Assembly: GCA_037142615.1 (NCBI GenBank)
Contig: JBAXAI010000007.1
Span: forward strand, 64,001-128,000
Reading direction: 5' to 3'
Length of the DNA stretch: 64,000 nucleotides
From: Spirochaetales bacterium
GTDB taxonomy: Bacteria > Spirochaetota > Spirochaetia > JABEVK01
Position 1 is the first letter of the stretch; the number at the start of each line of letters is the position of its first letter. Positions 16,745 through 24,273 of the stretch are shown piece after piece. Below the pieces are notes generated by a model. The model saw only the letters and a program-made list of their open reading frames with translations. It was not told where the DNA came from and made no database searches. Both the position numbers and the translations under genes were made by a program.

Positions 16745-16776
16745 GCCTCCTCGCTTCGGCGAGGAGGCCTATTTTG
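16745..16776. terminator. Hairpin terminator between convergent genes
   Basis: GCCTCCTCGC-TTCG-GCGAGGAGGC followed by CTATTTTG. Confidence 0.75.
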
Positions 16777-17113
16777 CCGACTTCTTGGCGTGGGCTTGCC
16801 GGTACTCATCAGTGAACTGACGAACTTTGGCAGCAAGCTGATCGAGAAAGTCCTCGGAAACGGCGGCCGAAACGAGTTCCTCCCGCTGTGAATCGACGAG
16901 GGGATCAAGAAACAGTTCGTAGGGACGAATACCAAGTCCAAGCGCCAGATCGGAGAGCTTCTGTTCCGAAGGGAACTTTTTGCCGGATTCCAGCAGGTTC
17001 AAGTAAGGCGTGGAAAGACCAACCTTCGCCGCCAGAGCTTCCTGGGTAATTCCCAAGGCTCGGCGAAAAGCCTTGATGTTGGCACCCAATAGTCTCGAAA
17101 GATCCGTTGCCAT
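16769..17113 (-). CDS. XRE-family HTH repressor
   Basis: LGANIKAFRRALGITQEALAAKVGLSTPYLNLLESGKKFPS; start MATDL after AGGAGG. Confidence 0.9.
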   Translation of the reverse strand: MATDLSRLLGANIKAFRRALGITQEALAAKVGLSTPYLNLLESGKKFPSEQKLSDLALGLGIRPYELFLDPLVDSQREELVSAAVSEDFLDQLAAKVRQFTDEYRQAHAKKSAK

Positions 17114-17161
17114 GGGCGCCTCCTGTGACGCCATGATCCGATGGACAGGTTATTCGTTCAA

Positions 17162-17195
17162 TTATCCATTGGATAACCTATTTACCATTGGAAAT
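17162..17195. promoter_or_regulatory. Tandem palindromic operator sites
   Basis: TTATCCA-T-TGGATAA (17162-17176) and degenerate TTTACCATTGGAAAT (17181-17195) between the divergent XRE and lipoprotein genes. Confidence 0.6.
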
Positions 17196-17317
17196 CTTTC
17201 CACTATTCTCTCTTGACCACATTCGTTTCCGCCAGGCGGATGACGAAGGGTCGCTTCACTTCCAATCCATGTTCGGATTGGTTCAATCAGAGCTTCCACG
17301 GGAAGCAAGGAGTATTC

Positions 17318-18385
17318 ATGAAGACTTTCGCCCTCGGGCTTCTCGCAATTCTCGCAACCCTGACGCTGAGTGGATGTGGAGGTAAGGCGGTGACCTTTGA
17401 TGTCGCACCTCTCGACGTTCTGGTCTTTCCCTCTGTTGGAGAAGGCGTTGTCACTTACAAGGGTACACAGGTCTATCTACCGGCTGTTGAGAACACCTAC
17501 CTACAGAAGGTGGCGAGTGTCGTGGTCCCGGCCTTCAACGACCGGAGGAAACTTTCCGTCGACGAAGTCACCAGCCTTGGCAAGGCACTTGAAGAATACC
17601 AGGCTGAGGTCACTGCGAACTCGAACAAAATCATCGGCGAACTGGCTGCGTTCTACGTTGGGTATGCCAACACCGACGCCGCTATCGATGCCCACATGAA
17701 GCAGGTGAATTATTTGCAGGCTGGGTTGAACGCGCTCAAATTGACCAAGACGCGAAAGGATTTTCAGTCGGACCGAGACTTCAACTTCTACCTCGGGACT
17801 CTTTTCACTCCCCAGGACTATGGAAGCGACCATACGGCCAACTATGAGGCTCGGTATCTCCTCGGGTACGCGAATCAGGTCCTCAAGATGGATATCAAGC
17901 ATCCCGACATGTCCGAGTGGCCGATCACCTACCTGAAAGGCTTCGAAATCCGCAACGACAAACACAAAGACGAGCGGTCTTCAAAACCAGTCCAGACGGT
18001 GACTTTGGCGATGCCGACGCCGGTTTGGCAGGCAATTCACGCGGTTGCAGTCAAGCTAGTCGCCCTCGGTGAGAATGGACTGACAGAAGAAAACTACGCC
18101 TCACCGTCCCTGAACCGCGGCGAGATTGTCGATTCCGTTTCAAGACTTGCTGACGATGCAAGACGAGTCCTCACGGACATGGGGTATACCATGACCGATG
18201 GCCAGGCCTACAACGCGGCCGTGAACATTTGGTCCTACCCGGAACTATCGGATCCGTCGGTCCTCTACATGTATGGCGATTCTGAGCAATTTCTTGCTCA
18301 ATTCATGCCTGTCGCAAATCAGCCATTCTTCGACGCGACCCAGAATGACATGTGGTATTCCGCCGCCCAGTTTGCAAAGTACTGA
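17318..18385 (+). CDS. Lipoprotein of unknown function
   Basis: AAGGAG RBS; MKTFALGLLAILATLTLSG-C lipobox. Confidence 0.8.
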   Translation: MKTFALGLLAILATLTLSGCGGKAVTFDVAPLDVLVFPSVGEGVVTYKGTQVYLPAVENTYLQKVASVVVPAFNDRRKLSVDEVTSLGKALEEYQAEVTANSNKIIGELAAFYVGYANTDAAIDAHMKQVNYLQAGLNALKLTKTRKDFQSDRDFNFYLGTLFTPQDYGSDHTANYEARYLLGYANQVLKMDIKHPDMSEWPITYLKGFEIRNDKHKDERSSKPVQTVTLAMPTPVWQAIHAVAVKLVALGENGLTEENYASPSLNRGEIVDSVSRLADDARRVLTDMGYTMTDGQAYNAAVNIWSYPELSDPSVLYMYGDSEQFLAQFMPVANQPFFDATQNDMWYSAAQFAKY

Positions 18386-18417
18386 AGATCACTAGCTGGC
18401 AAACTACCGTTCGCGAC

Positions 18418-18444
18418 AGAGCCCCTCACGGGGTTCTTTTTTTT
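18418..18444 (+). terminator. Rho-independent terminator
   Basis: AGAGCCCC-TCAC-GGGGTTCT plus T-tract. Confidence 0.85.
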
Positions 18445-18447
18445 CAA

Positions 18448-18476
18448 GAGGGGGCGGGTCCAATGCCCGCCCCCTC
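18448..18476. other. Perfect 11-bp GC hairpin (candidate nick site or minus-strand terminator)
   Basis: GAGGGGGCGGG-TCCAATG-CCCGCCCCCTC. Confidence 0.5.
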
Positions 18477-18529
18477 AAATCCAACCCTAGACCGTCAAAT
18501 AGCGACCGAAGTGGAAATCCAGTTTCGGC

Positions 18530-18958
18530 TTAGTTCGTGTCGAGCACTTCAGCACCAAAGGCGGTAAAGATCACGTCCGAGAATATGAAGTCGTCATCAG
18601 ACAAATCATCCGTCTGTTCAGCCCAGAGCTGTTGGATTGCACTTTGAAGCAGTCCATACGAATCGATTGGCACACCCAAGTGCGGGCCGCCCGGTTCACG
18701 GCTTGCTTCTTTGCGATGCCGTGAGATTGTTCCTTGTAGGTTGAAAATGTAGATATCGATCAGAAGAAAAATCAGCGCTTCTTGGGATTTGAGTTGCCAG
18801 AGTGCTTCAGGGGCGACGCCCATCGCCTTTGGTGGTCCATGCTCGATAACGAAGGCGTAGGTGGTCTCAAGCTTCTTTCGAACCTTTGCTACCTGGCCAA
18901 GGAAATACTGGTCGCGATGAAAGTCGTGAAAGAGTTCGAACTTTTCCCTACTGTCCAT
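18530..18958 (-). CDS. Hypothetical protein (~142 aa)
   Basis: Start MDSREKF at 18958 after AAGGAGG, overlapping the upstream gene end. Confidence 0.65.
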   Translation of the reverse strand: MDSREKFELFHDFHRDQYFLGQVAKVRKKLETTYAFVIEHGPPKAMGVAPEALWQLKSQEALIFLLIDIYIFNLQGTISRHRKEASREPGGPHLGVPIDSYGLLQSAIQQLWAEQTDDLSDDDFIFSDVIFTAFGAEVLDTN

Positions 18959-19850
18959 AACGTCCTCCTTCCAAGGCAGTCGATGGCTTACGAACACCGA
19001 CTGCAGCCAGGTGTGGGACACCAGCGTCACGAAGGATACGAGCGAGCATAGGATGCGTGGAGTCGAGCAAGTCATAGTCGACCGCAAAAGTTCCTGGCGG
19101 CACTTGCCGTCGAATCGCGGCAGAGATTCGCGAGCGGTTTTTTTGGGTCCACAGTGTGAACGGGAGAAATAGATCAAGAAGGGAGAACGTCTTGAGGCGA
19201 GTTCGGTCAAGGCGGATCTCGAACCGTTGCATCGCACCGGTACCGAGCTTTTTCCCCCGAGCATACTCGACGAGTATGCTGTCAGTCCGCGACTTCGACT
19301 CCCGCCTTTCCCCCCACGATGTCTTGACGATTCGGTACCGTCGGCTCACCGGAGGCAAGTATACAGTGCCGTGGCAGTTGTAGGCCAAATCACGATCGAG
19401 TACCCGCACCAACTTTCGCTCCGAAGGAGTGTCGAAGGGGATTTCGATTCGAAAAAGCTTGAAGCTGTTGTTGTCCAGGAAGCTGAGGAAGGCAATTGCA
19501 GAAAGCGGATTGGTCCAATCCCAAGCTGGATGGAGCATGAGGACCAGTTGTTGGGCAACGTGTGTCACGAATAGGCCATCCATCGCCGCCAACGCCCAGG
19601 CAATTGCGACCTGCGGCAGGATCGGAAGAAGAGGATGAAAGAACTCAAGATGAACCGCAAGCTTTCGGCTCTCGCCCGCTTCGGTGACAGTAAGGAGTGC
19701 AGCGCGCTGGTATCGAGCTGCGACGTCTGCATTGAATACCGTGGCCTTGGTGATGAAGACAAACTGGTCCGGTACTGTGCCGTCCGCAGGTCGACTGGAT
19801 TGGATGAACCCCTCGGGTGCCAGAAAGGGGGTACTTGGAGTTGTGGACAT
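18948..19850 (-). CDS. Putative Rep_trans-like replication initiator/relaxase
   Basis: FRIEIPFD (RiD.a.D-like), GTVYL, VEYARG (Y.K-like) and RFEIRL in the order typical of Rep_trans proteins. Confidence 0.5.
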   Translation of the reverse strand: MSTTPSTPFLAPEGFIQSSRPADGTVPDQFVFITKATVFNADVAARYQRAALLTVTEAGESRKLAVHLEFFHPLLPILPQVAIAWALAAMDGLFVTHVAQQLVLMLHPAWDWTNPLSAIAFLSFLDNNSFKLFRIEIPFDTPSERKLVRVLDRDLAYNCHGTVYLPPVSRRYRIVKTSWGERRESKSRTDSILVEYARGKKLGTGAMQRFEIRLDRTRLKTFSLLDLFLPFTLWTQKNRSRISAAIRRQVPPGTFAVDYDLLDSTHPMLARILRDAGVPHLAAVGVRKPSTALEGGRYGQ

Positions 19851-20383
19851 TAGGAAGCCCCCCGCGAAGCACCAGATCCTGGGGATTTCTGTGCAAGAAA
19901 GGCCGCCCTTGCAGGGGCGGACAGAAGGTTTCTCGAAAAGAGAACCTCAATGATTTGATTGAGAAAGTTGGTTTGATCCGAGTCGAGCAGAATGGTATGG
20001 TTCCCGGAAGGAACTCCGTTTTGCAGGAAGAAGACCAGCGCCTCGCTGGCATCGGTCAAAGAGTTCGCGGACTTTCCGAAAGAGGCATCGCGTTTGGCAA
20101 TGAGAGCGGCTCGGTAGGCTGTGGCCATCGTCGTCTTGCCGGCACGGAGCATGTCCAGTACTTTGATAGGAGCATGTCGACGAATGGATCGGCAACGCTC
20201 GATTGTTCGGGCTGAGCACCCGATTTGCGGCGCAACTGCGGCTGAGGAGCGTCCGGAGGGCGCCAGGGAAGTGCCTTCGCCAGGCTTTTTGCCAAGCTCG
20301 GGGCCGCGCGAATACGTGAAGTCAATGGACTCCACGGCGCGAAAAATGAGACCGTCGCGTCGCGCTCGGTCTTTTTCGGTCAT
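19850..20383 (-). CDS. ParB-like HTH DNA-binding protein
   Basis: GRSSAAVAPQIGCSARTIERCRSIRRHAP...LRAGKTTMATAY; TGATG overlap with the excisionase stop. Confidence 0.55.
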   Translation of the reverse strand: MTEKDRARRDGLIFRAVESIDFTYSRGPELGKKPGEGTSLAPSGRSSAAVAPQIGCSARTIERCRSIRRHAPIKVLDMLRAGKTTMATAYRAALIAKRDASFGKSANSLTDASEALVFFLQNGVPSGNHTILLDSDQTNFLNQIIEVLFSRNLLSAPARAAFLAQKSPGSGASRGAS

Positions 20384-20616
20384 CACAGAATGACCTCGTT
20401 CGAAGTAGTTTCGAATGCCGCTGCCGATCGGTTCTGATACACGAATCGCTTGAGATCCGACAGTCGAAAATAGAGAGTACGCCCCGTGGGCTTGAAGAAC
20501 GCAATCCGCCCTGTCGAGGTGTAACGGTACAAAGTAGCGGCTGCGACTCGAAGAAATCTGCAGGCCTCTGGAAAAGTGAGTGGCTTGTCGTCGTCTGACG
20601 CACTTGGTTCCAACAT
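20383..20616 (-). CDS. xis: Excisionase-like HTH_17 DNA-binding protein
   Basis: LTFPEACRFLRVAAATLYRYTSTGRIAFFKPTGRTLYFRLSDL; AGGAGG RBS; next to the integrase. Confidence 0.85.
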   Translation of the reverse strand: MLEPSASDDDKPLTFPEACRFLRVAAATLYRYTSTGRIAFFKPTGRTLYFRLSDLKRFVYQNRSAAAFETTSNEVIL

Positions 20617-20667
20617 GGGAAACCTCCTGCAAACGAAGGTACCCTGCTTCAACGAAAGAGCATATTT

Positions 20668-20686
20668 GGGTAAAGTTTACCCCCAA
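20668..20686. repeat. 19-bp palindromic site GGGTAAAGTTTACCCCCAA, copy 2
   Basis: Identical to 1208-1226; lies between the integrase stop and xis. Confidence 0.85.
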
Positions 20687-20688
20687 AT

Positions 20689-21870
20689 CTATTTGGCTTG
20701 CATGGCACCGAGCGCAGCGAACACCTTGTCCTGTGCCGTTCGTACCTCGACCAAATGCTCCTCAAGCTGGTGGCTGTAGTTCTGAGTCATGGCTTCCGTC
20801 TGGTGGCCCGTCGTGGATCTGAGTGCAACGTCTGAGGCTTTGCCGCGGATCATCGTATTGTACCAGTGCCTCCAGGAATGAAAGTCGACGCCGCGGTCGA
20901 CCCGTTCCTTTTTGCTCATCATCCCGGCCTTTTCCAAAGCCTCCGAGATCGACTGGCTGGTGATGTAGAACGGCAGTTCACCAAAGACAAAGTCATCAGG
21001 TTTCTTGTCCTTGCAGAGCGTGGCAAGCGCAGTTGCCGTTGCCTTGGGTAGCGGGATGAATCGAAATCCGCGCTCGCCGGTCTTGGTGTCCTCGGCAAAG
21101 CCAACCTTGGCACGCTTGACGCCGCGAATCTCGATGCGGTCGTCGTGGACGTATTTCACCTTGAGGCCGAGAAGTTCGCCAGCCCTGGCCCCGGTGGTGG
21201 CAGCGGTCAAGTTGAGGGCCCATAGAACCGGAGTCTCGAAATGGGCCGGGTTGGCCAGAAGTTGAAAGGCCTCTTTGGGCGTCAGCATGCCCCTCGCCGT
21301 CTTCTTCAGCTGAACAGCCTGGACCTTTTCGAACGGACTCGAGTCGAGGTCACCCAGCCGTACTGCTTCAGCATAGACAGCCTTCATGGCCAGAATGATT
21401 TGGTTCGTCATCTTCGTCGACAGTGGCTTGGTACCGTCTGAGGGATCACCTTTGGACTTGAGGGTGATCAGGGCTTCAATGTCGCGAACAGTGAGCTCGT
21501 CCAGGCGCTTCTTGCCGTAGACGGGCCACCAGTGCAGTTCTAGGGTTCTGTGGTTGGCGTTGCAGTAAGCGGGAGTGAGCCTTTTTCGGAGCAGGGCACT
21601 CTGAACCCGTGGGCCATCGAACTTCCAGAACTCGGCACTGTAAGACTCGATGGTTGGAACTCGGCTCTTTGTCTCGGGCAGCAATTTGCCCAGTTTGTGA
21701 AGTTCCATCAGGTAGGCGGTGGCTTCGGTCTTGGTTGACTTGCCGGTGGCAATGGTCCGCAATTTGCCTGTCTCGTCCTTAATACGGTACGAGTACATCG
21801 TGATCACCTTGCCCGATTCCAAGGTGATTTTCCTCTTGAGCAGCGAATAGGGAAGTGCTCTTCGACCCAT
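20689..21870 (-). CDS. int: Tyrosine recombinase/integrase
   Basis: TGARAGELLGL, FHSWRHWY, GHQTEAMTQNY (R..HxxR..H..Y). Confidence 0.95.
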   Translation of the reverse strand: MGRRALPYSLLKRKITLESGKVITMYSYRIKDETGKLRTIATGKSTKTEATAYLMELHKLGKLLPETKSRVPTIESYSAEFWKFDGPRVQSALLRKRLTPAYCNANHRTLELHWWPVYGKKRLDELTVRDIEALITLKSKGDPSDGTKPLSTKMTNQIILAMKAVYAEAVRLGDLDSSPFEKVQAVQLKKTARGMLTPKEAFQLLANPAHFETPVLWALNLTAATTGARAGELLGLKVKYVHDDRIEIRGVKRAKVGFAEDTKTGERGFRFIPLPKATATALATLCKDKKPDDFVFGELPFYITSQSISEALEKAGMMSKKERVDRGVDFHSWRHWYNTMIRGKASDVALRSTTGHQTEAMTQNYSHQLEEHLVEVRTAQDKVFAALGAMQAK

Positions 21871-21920
21871 ACCCCAATTCTACTGCGGCTGAATAAAAGT
21901 AACAATACAGGTAACAGTGC

Positions 21921-21952
21921 AAAGAAAAGGCCCTGCAAATCCTTGCAGGGCC
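21921..21952 (-). terminator. Terminator downstream of tRNA-Cys
   Basis: GGCCCTGCAA-GGAT-TTGCAGGGCC followed by TTTTCTTT on the minus strand. Confidence 0.8.
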
Positions 21953-21964
21953 AAGACTTAAGAA

Positions 21965-22036
21965 AGGCACCGAGCGGATTCGAACCGCTGAATGAAGCTT
22001 TTGCAGAGCTCTCCCTTACCACTTGGGTACGGCGCC
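21965..22036 (-). tRNA. tRNA-Cys(GCA)
   Basis: GGCGCCGTACCCAAGTGGTAAGGGAGAGCTCTGCAAAAGCTTC...GGTTCGAATCCGCTCGGTGCCT. Confidence 0.97.
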
Positions 22037-22045
22037 ATTGGTCGG

Positions 22046-22184
22046 CACCCGCTTTTCGGACTACTGCGGCGGTTCCGGCCGGCGCCCCCTCCTTCTTCGG
22101 TGCTCACGTACCAGCGTACGCTCCGCTCCTCAGCTCGTCGGGGTCTTGTCCGGATCCGTCCTCGCGACGTCCCAAAACCGGGTG
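22046..22184. repeat. ERIC-like long imperfect inverted-repeat element
   Basis: CACCCG..GGAC..TCCGG..CCCC arms mirrored around apex TCACGTAC-CAGC-GTACGCTCC. Confidence 0.55.
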
Positions 22185-22227
22185 TGGTGTTCAGGCCCTT
22201 TCCAAGGCCGTCTCACCAGCGAAAGTG

Positions 22228-22256
22228 AATATACAAAAAACCTCGGGGGGTGTCCA
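22228..22256 (-). promoter_or_regulatory. sigma70-like promoter for tRNA-Cys
   Basis: TGGACA-N17-TATATT on the minus strand. Confidence 0.6.
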
Positions 22257-22274
22257 GCGGGATTGGGAAAATGC

Positions 22275-22898
22275 CTAGTGGACTTCCTTTTGGGTAGCGA
22301 TGACAAAGGCGATCAGGTCGTCGAGGGCGAGCCCGGCGGACTCGGCTCCTTCGGCGATGTCCTGGCGGTCCACCTGGGCGGCAAAGCCGACGTTCTTCAG
22401 CTTCTTCTTCACGGAGCTGACCTCCATGCCGTTGTAGCCTTCGGGCCGAACAAGGCTGCAAGCATGAACAAAACCGGACAGTTCATCGACGGCAAAGATC
22501 ATTCGGTCGAGGTTGGTCTTGGCGGCGACGCCAAAATGGCGCGGACCGTGCGCAGCGATGCCGTGGATCAACTCGGGGTCATAATGCCCTTCTTCCAAGT
22601 GCGAGATGACCTTTTGAGGGTGAGTTTCGGGCCACTTGTCACAGTCGGCATCGTGCAGCAGGCCCGCCAGGTACCATTTGTCAACTTCGGCAGGTGCCAA
22701 GGAGAGTTTGTCGCGGGCCCAAACCTCGAGCAGGGCGGCCACTTGGCGCATGTGCAGACGCAAGCGGTCGTTGGCCACCCAATTGCCTAGCAGCGCCAAA
22801 GCCTCGGTCCGTGAGGGCAACCGCCCCAGGTCTTCACTCCGGCCAAACTCATCACGGCCAATCAGCAGGGAATCGTCCATCGTTTCCTCCGCTGGCAT
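22275..22898 (-). CDS. HD-domain hydrolase
   Basis: LHMRQV, GLLHDAD, AAHG, AVDELSGF, SVKKKLK...FAAQVDR. Confidence 0.85.
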   Translation of the reverse strand: MPAEETMDDSLLIGRDEFGRSEDLGRLPSRTEALALLGNWVANDRLRLHMRQVAALLEVWARDKLSLAPAEVDKWYLAGLLHDADCDKWPETHPQKVISHLEEGHYDPELIHGIAAHGPRHFGVAAKTNLDRMIFAVDELSGFVHACSLVRPEGYNGMEVSSVKKKLKNVGFAAQVDRQDIAEGAESAGLALDDLIAFVIATQKEVH

Positions 22899-22960
22899 TA
22901 TAGCCGACAGCAGGCCGGTGGTTCTTGACCGGTGGGGGAAGCCCGGCTTAGGGTGGTGCG

Positions 22961-23548
22961 ATGAAAGGTTTCCAACGCCACCTGCTGGGCCTCGGTTTCG
23001 GCCTGCTCCTGTTTCCGCTGGGTGCCGAGTCCGTGCCTGTCATCGCCAACCTTCCCAACCAAGGCCTCGAGGTCATCCAGCGCTTTGGTGGACCGGCCAA
23101 GATGGAAGTCAGCTCGGCCATGGAATCTACCGAGCCGGCGCCGCTGCTGATTACCAATCAGGAAGACTTCCTGAACTTTCTCGCCTACCTGCCCACGGCC
23201 GACGTCACGCGCCCGACGAATCCTGGCCCCAGCCGTGACCCGCTTTTGGCAGGGCCGCGCTTCGAATGGAACCGCTACATGCTGCTGGTGGTGTTCGATT
23301 CGCAGTCACTCGCCTTCCCCCCCAACATCAACCGGGTCGAAGTGGCCAAGAGCGGCCTCACCGCCGTTGTGGAATACCCCGATACCTCTAACTTCATCGA
23401 GGCCAAGGCGCCCGAGCTCGGTTCCTACGGCGCGGCTTTGGTGACCCGCAGCAGCCTCGCCCTGCAATGGAGCAACCCGGGCCATCGGACCATCGCCCAG
23501 CACAAGGAGTCGATGATGATGTTCCTGCCGGAAAACCAGAAGAAGTGA
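22961..23548 (+). CDS. Exported protein, possibly PrcB C-terminal-like
   Basis: Signal peptide; YMLLVVF...INRVEV...SYGAALV. Confidence 0.55.
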   Translation: MKGFQRHLLGLGFGLLLFPLGAESVPVIANLPNQGLEVIQRFGGPAKMEVSSAMESTEPAPLLITNQEDFLNFLAYLPTADVTRPTNPGPSRDPLLAGPRFEWNRYMLLVVFDSQSLAFPPNINRVEVAKSGLTAVVEYPDTSNFIEAKAPELGSYGAALVTRSSLALQWSNPGHRTIAQHKESMMMFLPENQKK

Positions 23549-24234
23549 GCCTCGCGTTTCGAGCTGGCGTGCTGGCGTTGGCCCTCGTGCTGCTTGTGGG
23601 AGGGCTCACCGGCGAAACGACCTACCTCCCACTCCCCGTGGCTGGAGCCGATGGCTTGGGCTTTGGTCCGGCGACGACCGCACTGGCAGGGGTGTTGGTG
23701 GGTTTCGTGGTTCCCCAGACCGGTCCCCTGACGTCGATGGCAGGGCTGACCGCCACCTTGGGAGCCGACGGCAAACTCTCGGCTTCGCAGGCCGAAGCGT
23801 GGAAAGGGAGCGTTCCGACCAGGCCCGTCCGGGTAGAAAAAGCCGGTTACGCCGTGGCGGGGCTCCGGGTGCTGCTCACGGTGACCGGGAGGACGGTCCG
23901 CACCCGGCAGCTGCAGGTGCTGTGGAAGCCATGGACCGACGGTGCCCTGGCCACGCCAGCCGTCTGGAGCAAGGTTTGGGGCCAAAGTGCTGGTGACAAA
24001 GACATCACCAAGATCGTGGATCTGCGGATTGCCGCCGGCGGCTGGGCTTCGGGCTGGTACGGCACCACCGAGGGCAAAGACCTGGCCCAGTTTTCGCTGG
24101 TTCAGCGTCTGGATGTGGCTCCGGTGACCCAGACGCCGCAGACGGTTCCAGCGTTGTCCCTGGAGGCTCCAGCTTTGGCGAAACCGACGGCTCCCGTGAC
24201 CCCCGAGGTACCAGCTGTCAATCTCAAACGATAG
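23545..24234 (+). CDS. Exported hypothetical protein
   Basis: GTGA overlap with the upstream stop; hydrophobic N-terminus; Pro/Thr-rich tail. Confidence 0.6.
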   Translation: MSLAFRAGVLALALVLLVGGLTGETTYLPLPVAGADGLGFGPATTALAGVLVGFVVPQTGPLTSMAGLTATLGADGKLSASQAEAWKGSVPTRPVRVEKAGYAVAGLRVLLTVTGRTVRTRQLQVLWKPWTDGALATPAVWSKVWGQSAGDKDITKIVDLRIAAGGWASGWYGTTEGKDLAQFSLVQRLDVAPVTQTPQTVPALSLEAPALAKPTAPVTPEVPAVNLKR

Positions 24235-24273
24235 GCAAACGCGCGCCGTTTCCGGTAATCTAGCGCTCTAGAG

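Larger units (their letters stand above)
1..21964. mobile_element. Integrative element/genomic island inserted at the 3' end of tRNA-Cys (left boundary outside window)
   Basis: Tyrosine integrase and excisionase lie directly beyond the tRNA-Cys 3' end, followed by replication, recombination and restriction-modification genes. Housekeeping genes resume right of the tRNA. I did not see a second copy of the tRNA 3' end in the window. Confidence 0.85.

Noticed and set aside
1-21964. Prophage or ICE call for the island
   Set aside because: No capsid, terminase, tail or T4SS genes are visible in the window; left part unseen, so it is called only an integrative element.
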